Assembly (NCBI GenBank): GCA_016182915.1
Contig: JACPFP010000003.1
Coordinates: 251,685 to 315,684 of the forward strand
Direction of reading: 5' to 3'
From: Candidatus Dojkabacteria bacterium
GTDB taxonomy: Bacteria > Patescibacteriota > Dojkabacteria > SC72
DNA: 64,000 bases
Below, one piece after another: positions 19,201 through 28,247 of the stretch. The notes beneath the pieces are model-generated. The model made no database searches. It worked only from the letters and a program-made list of their open reading frames with translations, and was not told where the DNA came from. The translations under genes and the position numbers were made by a program. The first letter of the stretch is position 1, and each line of letters opens with the position of its first letter.

Positions 19201-19749
19201 AGAATTCAATTTAGCAAGCCCAGTAATTGACTCTCCACCAATCGTTGCAAAATATCCGCCAACATAAAGATTGCTTCCAGATAAGATTAATGATGTGACT
19301 GTACTATCAGCACCTGGATTAAAATTCGGGTCAACCGTACCATCTGATAATATATGCGCAAGACTCACTCGGGCTACCTCTCCCACTTCTGTAAAGTCTC
19401 CACCAATATACCAACCCCCGCTACCATCGCTAACTGCAGAGTAGACTACAGAGTTTGGAGTTGGCCAGTCAGGGCTTGGTTCCCCTGTAGAACTGTTTAT
19501 TTGGACACCATAAGGAATATGCGGCCCAACAGAATTAAAACTTCCACCAATATAAATATAATCATCATCTTTTACGACTGCATTAGTCTGTCCATCGACA
19601 ACCCACATATTTTCAACAACTGTTCCGGCTGAAACAGGTTGCGAGAAAATAAAAAAAAGAAAGAAAAAGGACACAACCTTTACTAAGGGATTTAATCCAT
19701 GCATAATCCTCATCGTAATCTTATCATGGATTGTACAGGGCTGAGACAC
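15481..19749 (-). CDS. giant surface protein with delta-60 (beta-propeller) repeats; C-terminal Big-like domain, acidic linker and TM anchor
   Basis: 1422 aa with an N-terminal signal or TM segment (FFFLFFIFSQPVSA). More than 15 copies of a ~55-aa repeat (S)GS.LYVGG.F..IGG......LAKL...TG..D..F.P match the delta-60 repeat pattern. The C-terminal 260 aa are ~80% identical to the C-terminus of ORF 19913..24481. Confidence 0.8.
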   Translation of the reverse strand: MSQPCTIHDKITMRIMHGLNPLVKVVSFFFLFFIFSQPVSAGTVVENMWVVDGQTNAVVKDDDYIYIGGSFNSVGPHIPYGVQINSSTGEPSPDWPTPNSVVYSAVSDGSGGWYIGGDFTEVGEVARVSLAHILSDGTVDPNFNPGADSTVTSLILSGSNLYVGGYFATIGGESITGLAKLNSTTGVVDTSFAPNPDDAIRTMVLSGSTLYVGGGFFSIGGENVTALAKLNSTTGVVDMSFTPEPNDEVVTILLSGSDLYVGGSFDTIGGEALNYAAKLDATTGVVDLTFNPGPDSVVESFALLDGSLYVGGWFSYIGGLDLVSVAKLDPTTGVADPNFNALLDDVVLKVFISGNNIYLGGYFDYSDTEFVGSFIKVNPLTGLVDSSLDARVNNDVIAVDTYGSNLFIGGAFTSLGVTTRKSLAKIDIDTGVLDTTFNPNLNSSGVVNALELIGSDLYVGGSFTSIGGETLTNLAKLNITTGAADANFSLNPNFQVFDFDTDGTSLYVGGSFTSIDGQSRNRLAKVNHATGVLDATFNPDASGDVYVIDLVGSSLYAGGNFQSIGGLTGQRFIAKVNTTTGAGDSGFDLITNHWVESIAVTDDTLYLGGHFSQLGRNVAYGADYEIDSLMPESGWPRPNGTIEKVISDGNGGWYIGGSFTSVGGVARNRIAHINSDKSVDSNFNPDSNGTVLSMVLSGSSLYVGGAFTNIGGEALNYIAKLDGTTGVADTGFNATSNNYVRSFAISGSDLYVGGDFTSIGGLAKPYLARLNANTGVGDATFTISVSHWVYAMQLVGSDLYIGGYFSTVGGTGRQRLAKIDTIGGTLDTTFNISGSSDGGSSVRTLEVSGSDIYVGGAFGVINGVASGRLAKLNASTGAVDGTFSPNSNNTVNTLAISGSSLYVGGEFTTIGGQSRSRIAKLSTTSGTADLSFNPSAQSSVRSIAKSSSDLYVGGAYTSMVNGESDSFASKVPLSTNYPDADFNPTTVSSVFDLLPDGSDILLGGIQTFSRIDQTTDVEDVDGDISILGTIQDMLRSGSDLYIAGSFSTINGTNASNFVRISFDTTAPVGSVVINGGATNTSSRSASLTINATDANPGVSEMMVSTSSSFVGAQWEDYSTSKNITLPSGDGLKTVYVKFKDWAGNISGTFSDSITLDNSAPDHVVITSIGLITTIPDLDNLLYYFTSTTPKISGRAEAGSKVVFKEGSTSYIVYADSNGNFTITLDTPELTLGENTITYYSTDTVENKSDERTLTLIIGEEFFPDDLFGDEIDDQDGSGGDTDDDGETPPVEEDGEEGEDSEPDTTAPDITRLQILSPGGTPLRNSQVKIDNVVYTTDSNGYIYVENLDPGTYTIEFVLGAKVVKQEIVIAEDSQEKGIVIRIKEDTDQGLNINTVVLVLVAILLVAGVSFFLFRKRANVVEL
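16720..19600 (-). repeat. intragenic tandem array of delta-60-type ~165-nt coding repeats
   Basis: The motif LY(V/I)GG.F..IGG...LAKL recurs in the translated sequence throughout this span. Confidence 0.65.
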
Positions 19750-19820
19750 TATCGTAATTTATGAACTTAAAAAACTATTACATCAATAATAGATTACCTC
19801 ACTTGATATATCAATGCAAT

Positions 19821-19896
19821 ATTGGAGATTATTCTAAAGTTCTGGTAAACCGTCTGACCACATACAAGAAGTTTAACAAGACAATAGATATAGTAC
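19821..19896 (-). repeat. duplication junction: 5'-flank repeat (19821..19858, copy of 24561..24598) abutting 3'-flank repeat (19865..19896, copy of 15433..15461)
   Basis: attggagattattctaaagttctggtaaaccgtctgacc at 19821..19858 matches attggaattattctaaagttctggtaaaccatctggcc at 24561..24598. caagaagtttaacaagacaatagatatagtac matches the flank after the gene-1 stop. Confidence 0.7.
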
Positions 19897-19912
19897 AGGG
19901 GAAAAGTGATGA

Positions 19913-20719
19913 TTAGACTTCAGTTAAATTGGATCTCCTTCTGAAAAGGAAGAATGAGACAACTGCAACTAAGAGAATAGCAACTAGGGCAAGAACTATT
20001 GTATTAATATTTAGTCCTTTATCCGCATCTTCTTTAATCTTTATAACTATACCCTTTTCTTGACTATCATCACCAATGACAATATCCTGTTTTACAACTT
20101 TGGCACCAAGTACAAACTCAAGAGTATACGTCCCAGGATCTAAATTCTCCACATAGATATATCCGTTGCTATCTGTAGTATATACAACATTATTTATTTT
20201 AACTTGAGAGTTTTTCAATGGTTTCCCATTGGGAGTTATAATTTGCAATCTAGTTAAGTCCACTGTATTACCGTTATCGCCATTATCACTTACTTCTTTA
20301 TCTTCACCGGTAGTAGTATCTTCGTCCTCCGAAGGATTCTCTTTCCCTCCTTCGTCATCACTTGTATCTCCACCAGTACCGTCTTGATTCTCTACCTCAT
20401 CTCCAAAAAAGTTCTCTGGAAAGAACTCTTCTCCAATTATTAATGTTAATGTTCGTTCATCAGATTTATTATCTGAACTGTCCATAGAGTAGTATGTAAG
20501 GATGTTTTCACCTAATGCCAATGCGGGGGAATCAAGCGTGATTACGAAGTCGCCATTTGAATCTGCATAAACTACATAACTAGAACTACCTTCATTGAAT
20601 ACTATCTTGGACCCCGCCTCCGCTTTACCAGTTATCCTTGGGTTGGTAGAGGTAAAATAGTATAGAAGAGTATCTTGGACTGGTATATCGGTAATTATAC
20701 CTATACTTGTGATAACAAC
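19913..20719 (-). repeat. conserved C-terminal module, copy B
   Basis: Paralogous to 15481..16263. Confidence 0.7.
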
Positions 20720-23700
20720 TTTTACTGGTTTAGTTGTATCAAGATTACTTTGTGGGGATAGAATTTTAAAGGCCGATAGCCCGGAATTCGCAGTAACGTA
20801 TTCGGATATACCCCCCTTAATATCTTCCGCTTTTACACGCCAGTAGTACGTTCCTCCAGATAAAATTTGCCCTTGAGTTCCCTGTGTATACGACCCTGAC
20901 CCAGCAGGTTGCCCCACTTGGAAGCTTTTACTTCCTGCTGTACCAAATTCTGAAACGTACTCTATAATTGGGGAACTAAAGTCAGCATCCGTATCTATCT
21001 GGACAGTATATTTTATAGTGTCACCAAAGTCTGAGTCAGCAATATCAAATGTTAATGTTGGGGTAGAAGTAGTAATAAAATCTCCGCTTACATAGTCAAT
21101 CGGGCCGAGTGTCGATACCGAAGGGAGATTACATGTTTCTGCAACCATCCCTTTTATATCGTTAGTTCCAAGTACGTATCCTGTAACAACATTATTTCCG
21201 TCAATTGGAAGTCGATGAAGAACAGTGAAGTATGAAACAAGGAATTTTGATTCAGGAATAGAATACATCATGGAGGTAGCCTCTCCGTAGTCTAGACCAT
21301 ATATGTAACTAATCGGAATATTTGTTACGCTAAGTGTGTTTGGGTTAATGGATTCAAAGACTGGTGATGAGTTTCCTGACAGATGGTATAACAAACCGTC
21401 TACAGGATTGTAGCCAATGGTTTCACCGCTGTCTCCTCCTCCAAGCGTAAGCTTAGATGTAGTCGAGCCATTCAATGTACTAATTGTATATAATGTAGAG
21501 GGTTGGTTGGATTCACCCTTTCCTGTTATTCCCCATAGGACTCCATCTCTTGTAAAGGCAATTCCGGCAAACTTCTTCCCGGTATTACCAACGGATGTAG
21601 CAATGCCTGTTGTAGGGTTAATTTTAACTAACTGTCTTCCCGATTGTCCCTGAAGTTGAATTACCGAATACATCTCACACGTTAAAGGGTTGTAAGCAAG
21701 GCCATTACTACCATTAACGGTATAACCAGCTAAGGTTATTGACTGAGAGCTCAATTCCTCTGCCGTAATGGCATTCAAAAGACTAAGCTGGTCAGACCAA
21801 GGGTTAACAGTATAAACATTGTAATCAAAGCCAAGATTAAGAGTTGTATCAAAGATCCAATTAATGTTATTCCCAGAGTCTATACTCCCCGTACCGCTAA
21901 GATTAATAGTTGTAGCACTATCGTTTCTGCCTCCTTTAATATCAAGATATGAAAGAGCCCTTGATCCACTTGAATTTATTCTCCAATAACAAGCATTACA
22001 AGTACCACGTAACTTAAGAAGGTTACCGGGTGTCCCAGTGAGTTCCAAGGTCCCCGAAATATCAGGAACTGTTCCTGTATTTGAAAAGGTAAGAGTATCT
22101 TCACTTGTAGTAGCCTTCTTAAAATTAAAGAAGTCTAAAGTACCCGAGCTGTGATAAAGGGATAGCGCCTGATTGGAACCGTTTAGGACTATATTTCCGC
22201 TATTATGATTAAAAGTAGCAGGAGAAGAAAGAAATATGGTTACATTTCCAGCAAGATTTAAATCCCCACCCGGAGCTGTAAAAGTTACATAAAGGGTGAA
22301 ATTTCCCGTAACAGTCATATCTCCGGAAGCCGGCGCAGTGAAACTACTACTGGTCCCAATAAGGTTGAATAGTCCCGAAACTGTCATATTTCCACTCGCT
22401 GGTGCAGTAAATGAGTTATTTGTGTTAGACATCGTAAATGAGCCTCCTACAGACATGTCCCCAGCGCTCGGAGCAATGAAGGTACAGTTTGCGTTAGACA
22501 TTGTAAATGTGGAAGCTAAAGTAACAAAACTATAACTACTTAAATCAACTGTTGTACCTGTACCTATTGACATTGAACTTCCAGTGAACGAAGAGAACCC
22601 AGAGAGGGAAAAGCTTGAGTTGAGAGTAAGAGTTCCACTGGATATAGTTAGAGTTCCCGTCCCCGTAAGTGTTCCATACAAATTTATACCGTTAGGAATA
22701 GTTGGGTTATTACCAAGGGATAAGTTACAGAAACTATTTATAGTCTTTACTCCGGTTTGTCCTGCGAAGCTGGCATTATTAAAAGTATAACCTCCACATG
22801 TTAGAGAGGCTACACCTCCGCTAAAAACAACAGCAGTGCTATTATTATTAAATATGGTCGAAGGATCAAGGGTTACATTTCCTGATAAATATAGATTCCC
22901 CCCTGGAGAATTAAAAGTTGTACCCGAACTAGAGAGAGTAAAGGAACTCGTAACTGTCATATCGCCTACAACTGGTCCGACAAACGTACTCGTTGAGTTA
23001 GTCATTGAAAAGCTTCCAACCGTTATGCTTCCACTATTTGGTGCGGTAAAGGAGGTGTTTGGGGCCGACATAGAAAAATTTGCAATAGTCATACTCCCAC
23101 TACTTGGACCTATAAAAGAACTACCTGAACTAGACATAGAAAAGGTTGAACTCAAGGAAACAGAGCTAAAACTACTCCAGTCAATGCTTGATACTAAGCC
23201 AATTGATATAGTATTCCCGGCAAAAGAAGTGAATCCTGTAACGTCGGAACTATCAGTAAGCGTTAAAGTACTTGTCGACATCGTAAGAGTCCCTGTTCCA
23301 GAGAGGGTACCATTTAAGGTTATACTGTTAGGAATTGTTGGATTATTACCGAGAGGGAAATTACATGAGCTGTTTATAGTCTTTGTACCAGTTTGTCCTG
23401 CAAAACTAACGATATTAAATGTACTCAGATTCCCACACGAGAGAGTTGCGGTGGAGCCACTAAAAACGACTGTACCATTATTGTGGTTAAATGTCCCAGA
23501 TACTGTAAAAGCTTTTGGAACAGTCAGATTTCCACCTGGAGCTGTAAATGTTGCTGTGCTACTAGATATTAGAAAAGTTCCGCCGGTATACAGGTCTCCA
23601 GTACCTGGCCCAGAAAACGAGCTATTACTACCACCCATAGTAAAAGAGTTAAATATTGAACTCAATGTTACAGAGTTCAAACTACTCCAATCTACAGTTG

Positions 23701-24481
23701 CTCCTGCACCAATATCCAGCTGATATCCTGAAAAATCCGTAAATCCCGAGATAGAACCGCCAGTCATGGACAACGTCCCAGCTGTCATTGTAAGGGTTCC
23801 CGTACCACTAAGAGTTCCTGCTAAAGAAATACTATTGGGAATGATCGGATTGTTCCCGAGAGGGAAATTACATGTACTTTGTATCGTTTTTGTGCCGGTT
23901 TGTCCCGTAAAGCTTACATTGTTAAAAACTTGATTCCCACATGAGAGTGTTGCTGAGGCTCCACTAAAAATGACAGTACCATTGTTATGATTAAAAGTTC
24001 CCCCTGAAATTGTAACAGCAGAACTAATTGTTGTTGTTCCGCTGGTAGCTGTAAATGTTCCTGAACTCAAAGTGAATGAAGTAATCGATAAAGTTTGATT
24101 ATTCGCATCAAAAGTGCCGGAATTTTGTGTTAAGCCATTAGATGTAAACGAAAATGTTTTATTTAAAGTTACAACTCCTGTATATCCTGAGTTAATCTGT
24201 AACCACGACACTGATGATGCAGAGAAATCTATATCGATAACCGAGTCTTTACTTGAGGTAGCATCAAGGATCACTGTATCAATAGATACAGGGCATATGT
24301 CTGAGCTCCAGTTCACACAGTCACTCCAGTTGTTTGTGGTTCCTCCTCCATCCCACGTTCTCGTCGACGCATAAACATTTGTTTCATAAAATCTAATAGG
24401 GATAAGCACGAAAAATAGGGTTGCAATGAGCATTACAAATAATTGGAGTTTACCAAATTCAGTCTTTCTTTTCACAAACAT
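19913..24481 (-). CDS. giant surface protein: N-terminal TM/signal, threefold ~200-aa Thr/Ser/Gly-rich beta-helix-like repeats, beta-propeller-like and FN3-like regions, and the shared C-terminal module with TM anchor
   Basis: 1522 aa. The repeats begin TFNHNNGTV(I/V)FSG..ATLSCG...FAGQTGTKTI.S.CNFPLGNNPTIPN...GTLSGTGTLT. An FN3-like region reads GTYYWRVKAEDIKGG. The C-terminal 268 aa are paralogous to the gene-1 tail. Confidence 0.8.
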   Translation of the reverse strand: MFVKRKTEFGKLQLFVMLIATLFFVLIPIRFYETNVYASTRTWDGGGTTNNWSDCVNWSSDICPVSIDTVILDATSSKDSVIDIDFSASSVSWLQINSGYTGVVTLNKTFSFTSNGLTQNSGTFDANNQTLSITSFTLSSGTFTATSGTTTISSAVTISGGTFNHNNGTVIFSGASATLSCGNQVFNNVSFTGQTGTKTIQSTCNFPLGNNPIIPNSISLAGTLSGTGTLTMTAGTLSMTGGSISGFTDFSGYQLDIGAGATVDWSSLNSVTLSSIFNSFTMGGSNSSFSGPGTGDLYTGGTFLISSSTATFTAPGGNLTVPKAFTVSGTFNHNNGTVVFSGSTATLSCGNLSTFNIVSFAGQTGTKTINSSCNFPLGNNPTIPNSITLNGTLSGTGTLTMSTSTLTLTDSSDVTGFTSFAGNTISIGLVSSIDWSSFSSVSLSSTFSMSSSGSSFIGPSSGSMTIANFSMSAPNTSFTAPNSGSITVGSFSMTNSTSTFVGPVVGDMTVTSSFTLSSSGTTFNSPGGNLYLSGNVTLDPSTIFNNNSTAVVFSGGVASLTCGGYTFNNASFAGQTGVKTINSFCNLSLGNNPTIPNGINLYGTLTGTGTLTISSGTLTLNSSFSLSGFSSFTGSSMSIGTGTTVDLSSYSFVTLASTFTMSNANCTFIAPSAGDMSVGGSFTMSNTNNSFTAPASGNMTVSGLFNLIGTSSSFTAPASGDMTVTGNFTLYVTFTAPGGDLNLAGNVTIFLSSPATFNHNSGNIVLNGSNQALSLYHSSGTLDFFNFKKATTSEDTLTFSNTGTVPDISGTLELTGTPGNLLKLRGTCNACYWRINSSGSRALSYLDIKGGRNDSATTINLSGTGSIDSGNNINWIFDTTLNLGFDYNVYTVNPWSDQLSLLNAITAEELSSQSITLAGYTVNGSNGLAYNPLTCEMYSVIQLQGQSGRQLVKINPTTGIATSVGNTGKKFAGIAFTRDGVLWGITGKGESNQPSTLYTISTLNGSTTSKLTLGGGDSGETIGYNPVDGLLYHLSGNSSPVFESINPNTLSVTNIPISYIYGLDYGEATSMMYSIPESKFLVSYFTVLHRLPIDGNNVVTGYVLGTNDIKGMVAETCNLPSVSTLGPIDYVSGDFITTSTPTLTFDIADSDFGDTIKYTVQIDTDADFSSPIIEYVSEFGTAGSKSFQVGQPAGSGSYTQGTQGQILSGGTYYWRVKAEDIKGGISEYVTANSGLSAFKILSPQSNLDTTKPVKVVITSIGIITDIPVQDTLLYYFTSTNPRITGKAEAGSKIVFNEGSSSYVVYADSNGDFVITLDSPALALGENILTYYSMDSSDNKSDERTLTLIIGEEFFPENFFGDEVENQDGTGGDTSDDEGGKENPSEDEDTTTGEDKEVSDNGDNGNTVDLTRLQIITPNGKPLKNSQVKINNVVYTTDSNGYIYVENLDPGTYTLEFVLGAKVVKQDIVIGDDSQEKGIVIKIKEDADKGLNINTIVLALVAILLVAVVSFFLFRRRSNLTEV
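22216..23998 (-). repeat. intragenic tandem coding repeats (3 units of ~500 to 640 nt) within gene 2
   Basis: The repeat unit starts at aa 162, 330, 543 and 756 (TFNHNNG / IFNNNST / TFNHNSG). Confidence 0.6.
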
Positions 24482-24560
24482 TCGCCAATTAATTGATATA
24501 TGCGTTTAAGAATAACAGTCCGAGAATTTGGAGTCAAACCTCACTCGCTAGGGTACAAGT

Positions 24561-24598
24561 ATTGGAATTATTCTAAAGTTCTGGTAAACCATCTGGCC
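24561..24598 (-). repeat. 5'-flank repeat, copy B; it also encodes the last residues (DGLPEL*) of the zinc-ribbon protein gene
   Basis: Matches 19821..19858 with one indel and two substitutions. Confidence 0.65.
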
Positions 24599-25082
24599 CT
24601 AGATCCTCAAGATCTTTTGTTACATCTTCCTCCTCTTCATCTAGTGCGCTTAAGGCCTTCTGAAAATCTACATCTGGTTCTAAGCTACTTGGAGCACCCT
24701 CATCAGGAAAAATATCTGTAAGTCCTGGAGTATCTTCAAATGTATCTTCGGGAATCCCTCTTATAGGTATATCTAAACCGTCAAGATCATCATCTCCAAT
24801 TCCACTATCTTCATCGTCATCATCTTTCTTCTTTGGAGTAACTGAGTCTGAGCTCCATACGCCTTCTCTTTTAAGATGCGCAAGGTAGCTTTCTGCATCT
24901 TCACCGAATTTTTCAATAACCTGTACAACCTTCATTGTCGAATTACACTCTTTACAGAGTTTTAATTCTTCCAATTCTTCACCGCAGTTTGAGCAACCGA
25001 ATACAACTATATGTATACTTTTTACGGGTTGTACAACCTTTTTATCGGTTGTCTTTGTATTTGAGGCAGTCATTTGAAACAC
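24573..25082 (-). CDS. hypothetical zinc-ribbon protein with a long acidic C-terminal tail
   Basis: 169 aa. A CxxC...CxxC pair (FGCSNCGEE...CKECNS) is followed by a D/E-rich disordered tail. Confidence 0.5.
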   Translation of the reverse strand: MFQMTASNTKTTDKKVVQPVKSIHIVVFGCSNCGEELEELKLCKECNSTMKVVQVIEKFGEDAESYLAHLKREGVWSSDSVTPKKKDDDDEDSGIGDDDLDGLDIPIRGIPEDTFEDTPGLTDIFPDEGAPSSLEPDVDFQKALSALDEEEEDVTKDLEDLGPDGLPEL

Positions 25083-25231
25083 AAAGAACTTAATTATTTA
25101 TTACATTTCAGGATATTATGGACACTATACGGTTGTCAATTGACCTATAGATAAACATTTATGCAAAACGCCTTTAAAAAAGGATATTCCTATCTCTACC
25201 CATTAGGAATAATCACATTCTTTAATTAGCA

Positions 25232-28210
25232 TTATCTCCCAGACATGAGCTTTCTATGCTCAGGGGTATTTAGAAGGCCACACTTCTTATATTTCTTACC
25301 GCTTCCACAAGGGCAAGGATCGTTCCTACCAGCCTTTACACTATTTGTAACTGTTACTTGTACCTTTCCTGCATCTGAGGCCTTCTGTGCCATCTCAAAC
25401 GGTTTCTTTACATCTTCCTTTACCTCTTCCCCCTCTACCTTCTGTTCACTTACAACCCTAACCTTGAAGTATCTAGTTACTAGGCTTTCATCTATACTTA
25501 ACATTAGGGTATCAAAGAGCCCAAACCCCTCATTCTTATACTCAACTAGTGGATCTCTTTGAGCAAGGTTCCTCAGGCTGATTCCTTCTCTTAAATCTTG
25601 CATATTATCAAGATGGTCCATCCAGAGATTATCGATTGTTTGTAAAGTTAGAAGTTTAGTAATATCAACAATTGCTTTATGCCCAAGGGAATTAACATGG
25701 AAGACAAATCCTGTGACGACAAGGTGAAGTAGCATATCCAACTTCTTAGTTCCTTCCGATCCCTCATAGAACTTCTTTATGAAGTCATCACTATCCTTAT
25801 ATCCAAGAAGCTTAACAGAGATATTAAATAGCTCTTCGGTCATAAAGGATTGAACATGGGAGATAGATTTCTTCTCCTCACTACTATCCACCTTCATATC
25901 ATCACTGAGCTGATCAAATATAACCTCTCTTGTATGGTCAATTACTTTTTTGAGGAGCCAGAATATAATTGGGTGATCTATCTTTACTACCTTTTTCACA
26001 TATCCTAAGTTCCACTGTTCAGGATTACTTAACATAAAGGAGCTAAGTTCGTCTTGGAGTTTAGAGATATCAATATCCCTGATATCACTCTCCTTTATTT
26101 TGATATCCCTATCTACAATCTTGATACTCTCAGATGACTGAAGAATCTTTCTCCTTATGTCATATATAATATCTCTCTGTTTGTTTAGGACATCATCATA
26201 GTCAACAAGGTTCTTTCGAATATCGTAGTTATATGCTTCAACTCTCTTCTGTGCAGACTCAATACTCTTTCCAAGGATCCCCAATGAGACAGGTGTGTCA
26301 TCACCTAGCCCCATTCCTGTCATAAGGGCGTTCATCTTTTCTCCACCGAAAAGCCTCATCAGTTCATCTTCAAAAGAAACATAGAATCTAGACATACCAG
26401 GATCTCCCTGTCTTCCAGATCTTCCTCTAAGCTGATTATCGATTCTTCTGGACTCATGTCTTTCAGAGCCAATTATGTACAGTCCACCAAGCTCACGAAC
26501 TCCCTCACCAAGAGAGATATCAGTTCCTCTACCTGCCATGTTTGTAGCGATAGTTACCTGACCTTTAAGTCCGGCCTCAGAAACAACTCTTGCTTCCTGT
26601 TCATGTTGCTTTGCGTTTAATACGTTATGTTTAATACCTTCTTTTGAAAGCATCTCGGAGATAATCTCGGATCTTTCGACAGAAGTTGTACCTACTAGAA
26701 TTGGCTGTCCAACCTTATTGTGTTCCTTAATATCTTCAACAATTGCTTTGAATTTAGCATCTTGAGATCTAAACACAATATCGGAAAGATCCTCTCTAAC
26801 CATAGGCCTGTTGGTTGGGATAACGACAACATCAAGACTGTAGATTTTGGAGAATTCCTCCGCCTCTGTAAGGGCGGTACCGGTCATTCCAGCCATATAT
26901 TTATAGAGACGGAAATAGTTTTGAAGAGTGATGGTAGCGAGGGTTCTTGATTCTCTCTTAACTTCAACTCCCTCTTTAGCTTCAATGGCTTGGTGTAATC
27001 CCTCACTGTATCTCCTGCCTGCAAGCACACGACCTGTAAACTCATCTACGATGAGAACTTCACCATCTCGAACAATATACTCCTCATCAAGCTTATACAA
27101 TTCTTTAGCCTTAAGGGCATTCTCAAGATGGTATGCAAGCTGAGCATCCTCATATACATTCTCTACCTCTAAAGCTTTCTCGACCCTATCCATACCACCA
27201 TCTGTTAGGGAAACGGCATTTGACTTCTCATCAACAGTATAATCTTCCTCTCTCTTAAGAGCCCTTACAACCTTGGCAAACTGCTTATACATATCATTTG
27301 AGGCTTGAGCACTTGTAGAGATAATGAGAGGGGTCCTAGCTTCGTCAATCAGGATTGAGTCTGCCTCGTCAACGATTGCAAAATACAGTGGGCTTTGAAC
27401 AATATCTCCAGTGTTCTGAGCCATGTTGTCCCTTAGGTAATCGAAACCGAATTCGTTATTAGTTCCATATACCACATCACATGCATACGCTTCTGTTTTA
27501 CTACACTCAATTAGGTTAACCCCTGTCATATGATCATATTTTAAACGACCCGCTTCTTTAGCCTTCCTCTCTCTTTCCTTAATGAGTTTCTTGGCTTCAT
27601 CACCCTTCAGTTTTATAGCTTCTGTATCAGAGATATATCTAAACTGTTGACTATTGTTTATGACACCTACGGTAATTCCAAGAGAGTTTAGAATCTGTCC
27701 GTTCCACTCTGCATCTCTTCGTGCAAGGTAGTCGTTAACTGTAACAAGATGAGCTCCTCGACCAGTCAAACCGTATAGGTATAGGGGCATATTTGCAGCA
27801 AGTGTCTTTCCTTCTCCCGTAAACAGCTCGACAACCTTATTTTGATAGAGGAAGTATCCTGCCAACATCTGCACATCGAAGTGCCTATGGTTGGAAACTC
27901 TTTTTGAGGCTTCACGAACTGTTGCGAATGCCTCAGGAAGAATACTATCGAGCATACTCCTCTCCTCTGCTAATCTCTTCTTAAGCTGGGTGTCGGAGAG
28001 CGTTAGGAAATCGGTTCTTCGTTTCTCCTCACTATATTTAATTCTCTTTCTAAATTCGAGAGTTTTTTCCTTCAACTGCTCATCACTTAACTTTGACATC
28101 TTATCCTCGAAAGTGTTAATACTATCTATAATTGGTTGAGATTTCTTCAACTGTTTCTCATTAGAATCGAATAGTCCTGCGAGTAGTTTAAACATTATAT
28201 TTATATTCAA
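25232..28210 (-). CDS. secA: preprotein translocase ATPase SecA
   Basis: 992 aa with DEAD-like motor motifs (VDEADSILIDEARTPLIIS, ATNMAGRGTDI). The C-terminal zinc-binding motif is CPCGSGKKYKKCGL. Confidence 0.9.
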   Translation of the reverse strand: MNINIMFKLLAGLFDSNEKQLKKSQPIIDSINTFEDKMSKLSDEQLKEKTLEFRKRIKYSEEKRRTDFLTLSDTQLKKRLAEERSMLDSILPEAFATVREASKRVSNHRHFDVQMLAGYFLYQNKVVELFTGEGKTLAANMPLYLYGLTGRGAHLVTVNDYLARRDAEWNGQILNSLGITVGVINNSQQFRYISDTEAIKLKGDEAKKLIKERERKAKEAGRLKYDHMTGVNLIECSKTEAYACDVVYGTNNEFGFDYLRDNMAQNTGDIVQSPLYFAIVDEADSILIDEARTPLIISTSAQASNDMYKQFAKVVRALKREEDYTVDEKSNAVSLTDGGMDRVEKALEVENVYEDAQLAYHLENALKAKELYKLDEEYIVRDGEVLIVDEFTGRVLAGRRYSEGLHQAIEAKEGVEVKRESRTLATITLQNYFRLYKYMAGMTGTALTEAEEFSKIYSLDVVVIPTNRPMVREDLSDIVFRSQDAKFKAIVEDIKEHNKVGQPILVGTTSVERSEIISEMLSKEGIKHNVLNAKQHEQEARVVSEAGLKGQVTIATNMAGRGTDISLGEGVRELGGLYIIGSERHESRRIDNQLRGRSGRQGDPGMSRFYVSFEDELMRLFGGEKMNALMTGMGLGDDTPVSLGILGKSIESAQKRVEAYNYDIRKNLVDYDDVLNKQRDIIYDIRRKILQSSESIKIVDRDIKIKESDIRDIDISKLQDELSSFMLSNPEQWNLGYVKKVVKIDHPIIFWLLKKVIDHTREVIFDQLSDDMKVDSSEEKKSISHVQSFMTEELFNISVKLLGYKDSDDFIKKFYEGSEGTKKLDMLLHLVVTGFVFHVNSLGHKAIVDITKLLTLQTIDNLWMDHLDNMQDLREGISLRNLAQRDPLVEYKNEGFGLFDTLMLSIDESLVTRYFKVRVVSEQKVEGEEVKEDVKKPFEMAQKASDAGKVQVTVTNSVKAGRNDPCPCGSGKKYKKCGLLNTPEHRKLMSGR

Positions 28211-28247
28211 GATTAGATATCTTTCGGATTATACCACTTGGGAGAAA

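Noticed and set aside
15734-24374. Many plus-strand ORFs (for example 16952..17392, 22836..23723 at 295 aa, 24114..24374) inside the giant adhesin genes
   Set aside because: They are antisense artefacts of long, compositionally biased repeat-coding DNA. The minus-strand frames are continuous for more than 4 kb and encode recognisable repeats.
15481-24481. Considered whether the repeats at 15.5 to 24.5 kb could be a CRISPR array or a mobile-element terminal repeat
   Set aside because: The repeats are protein-coding (55-aa and ~200-aa units) and in frame. There are no short regular spacer-repeat units, no cas genes, and no transposase or integrase.
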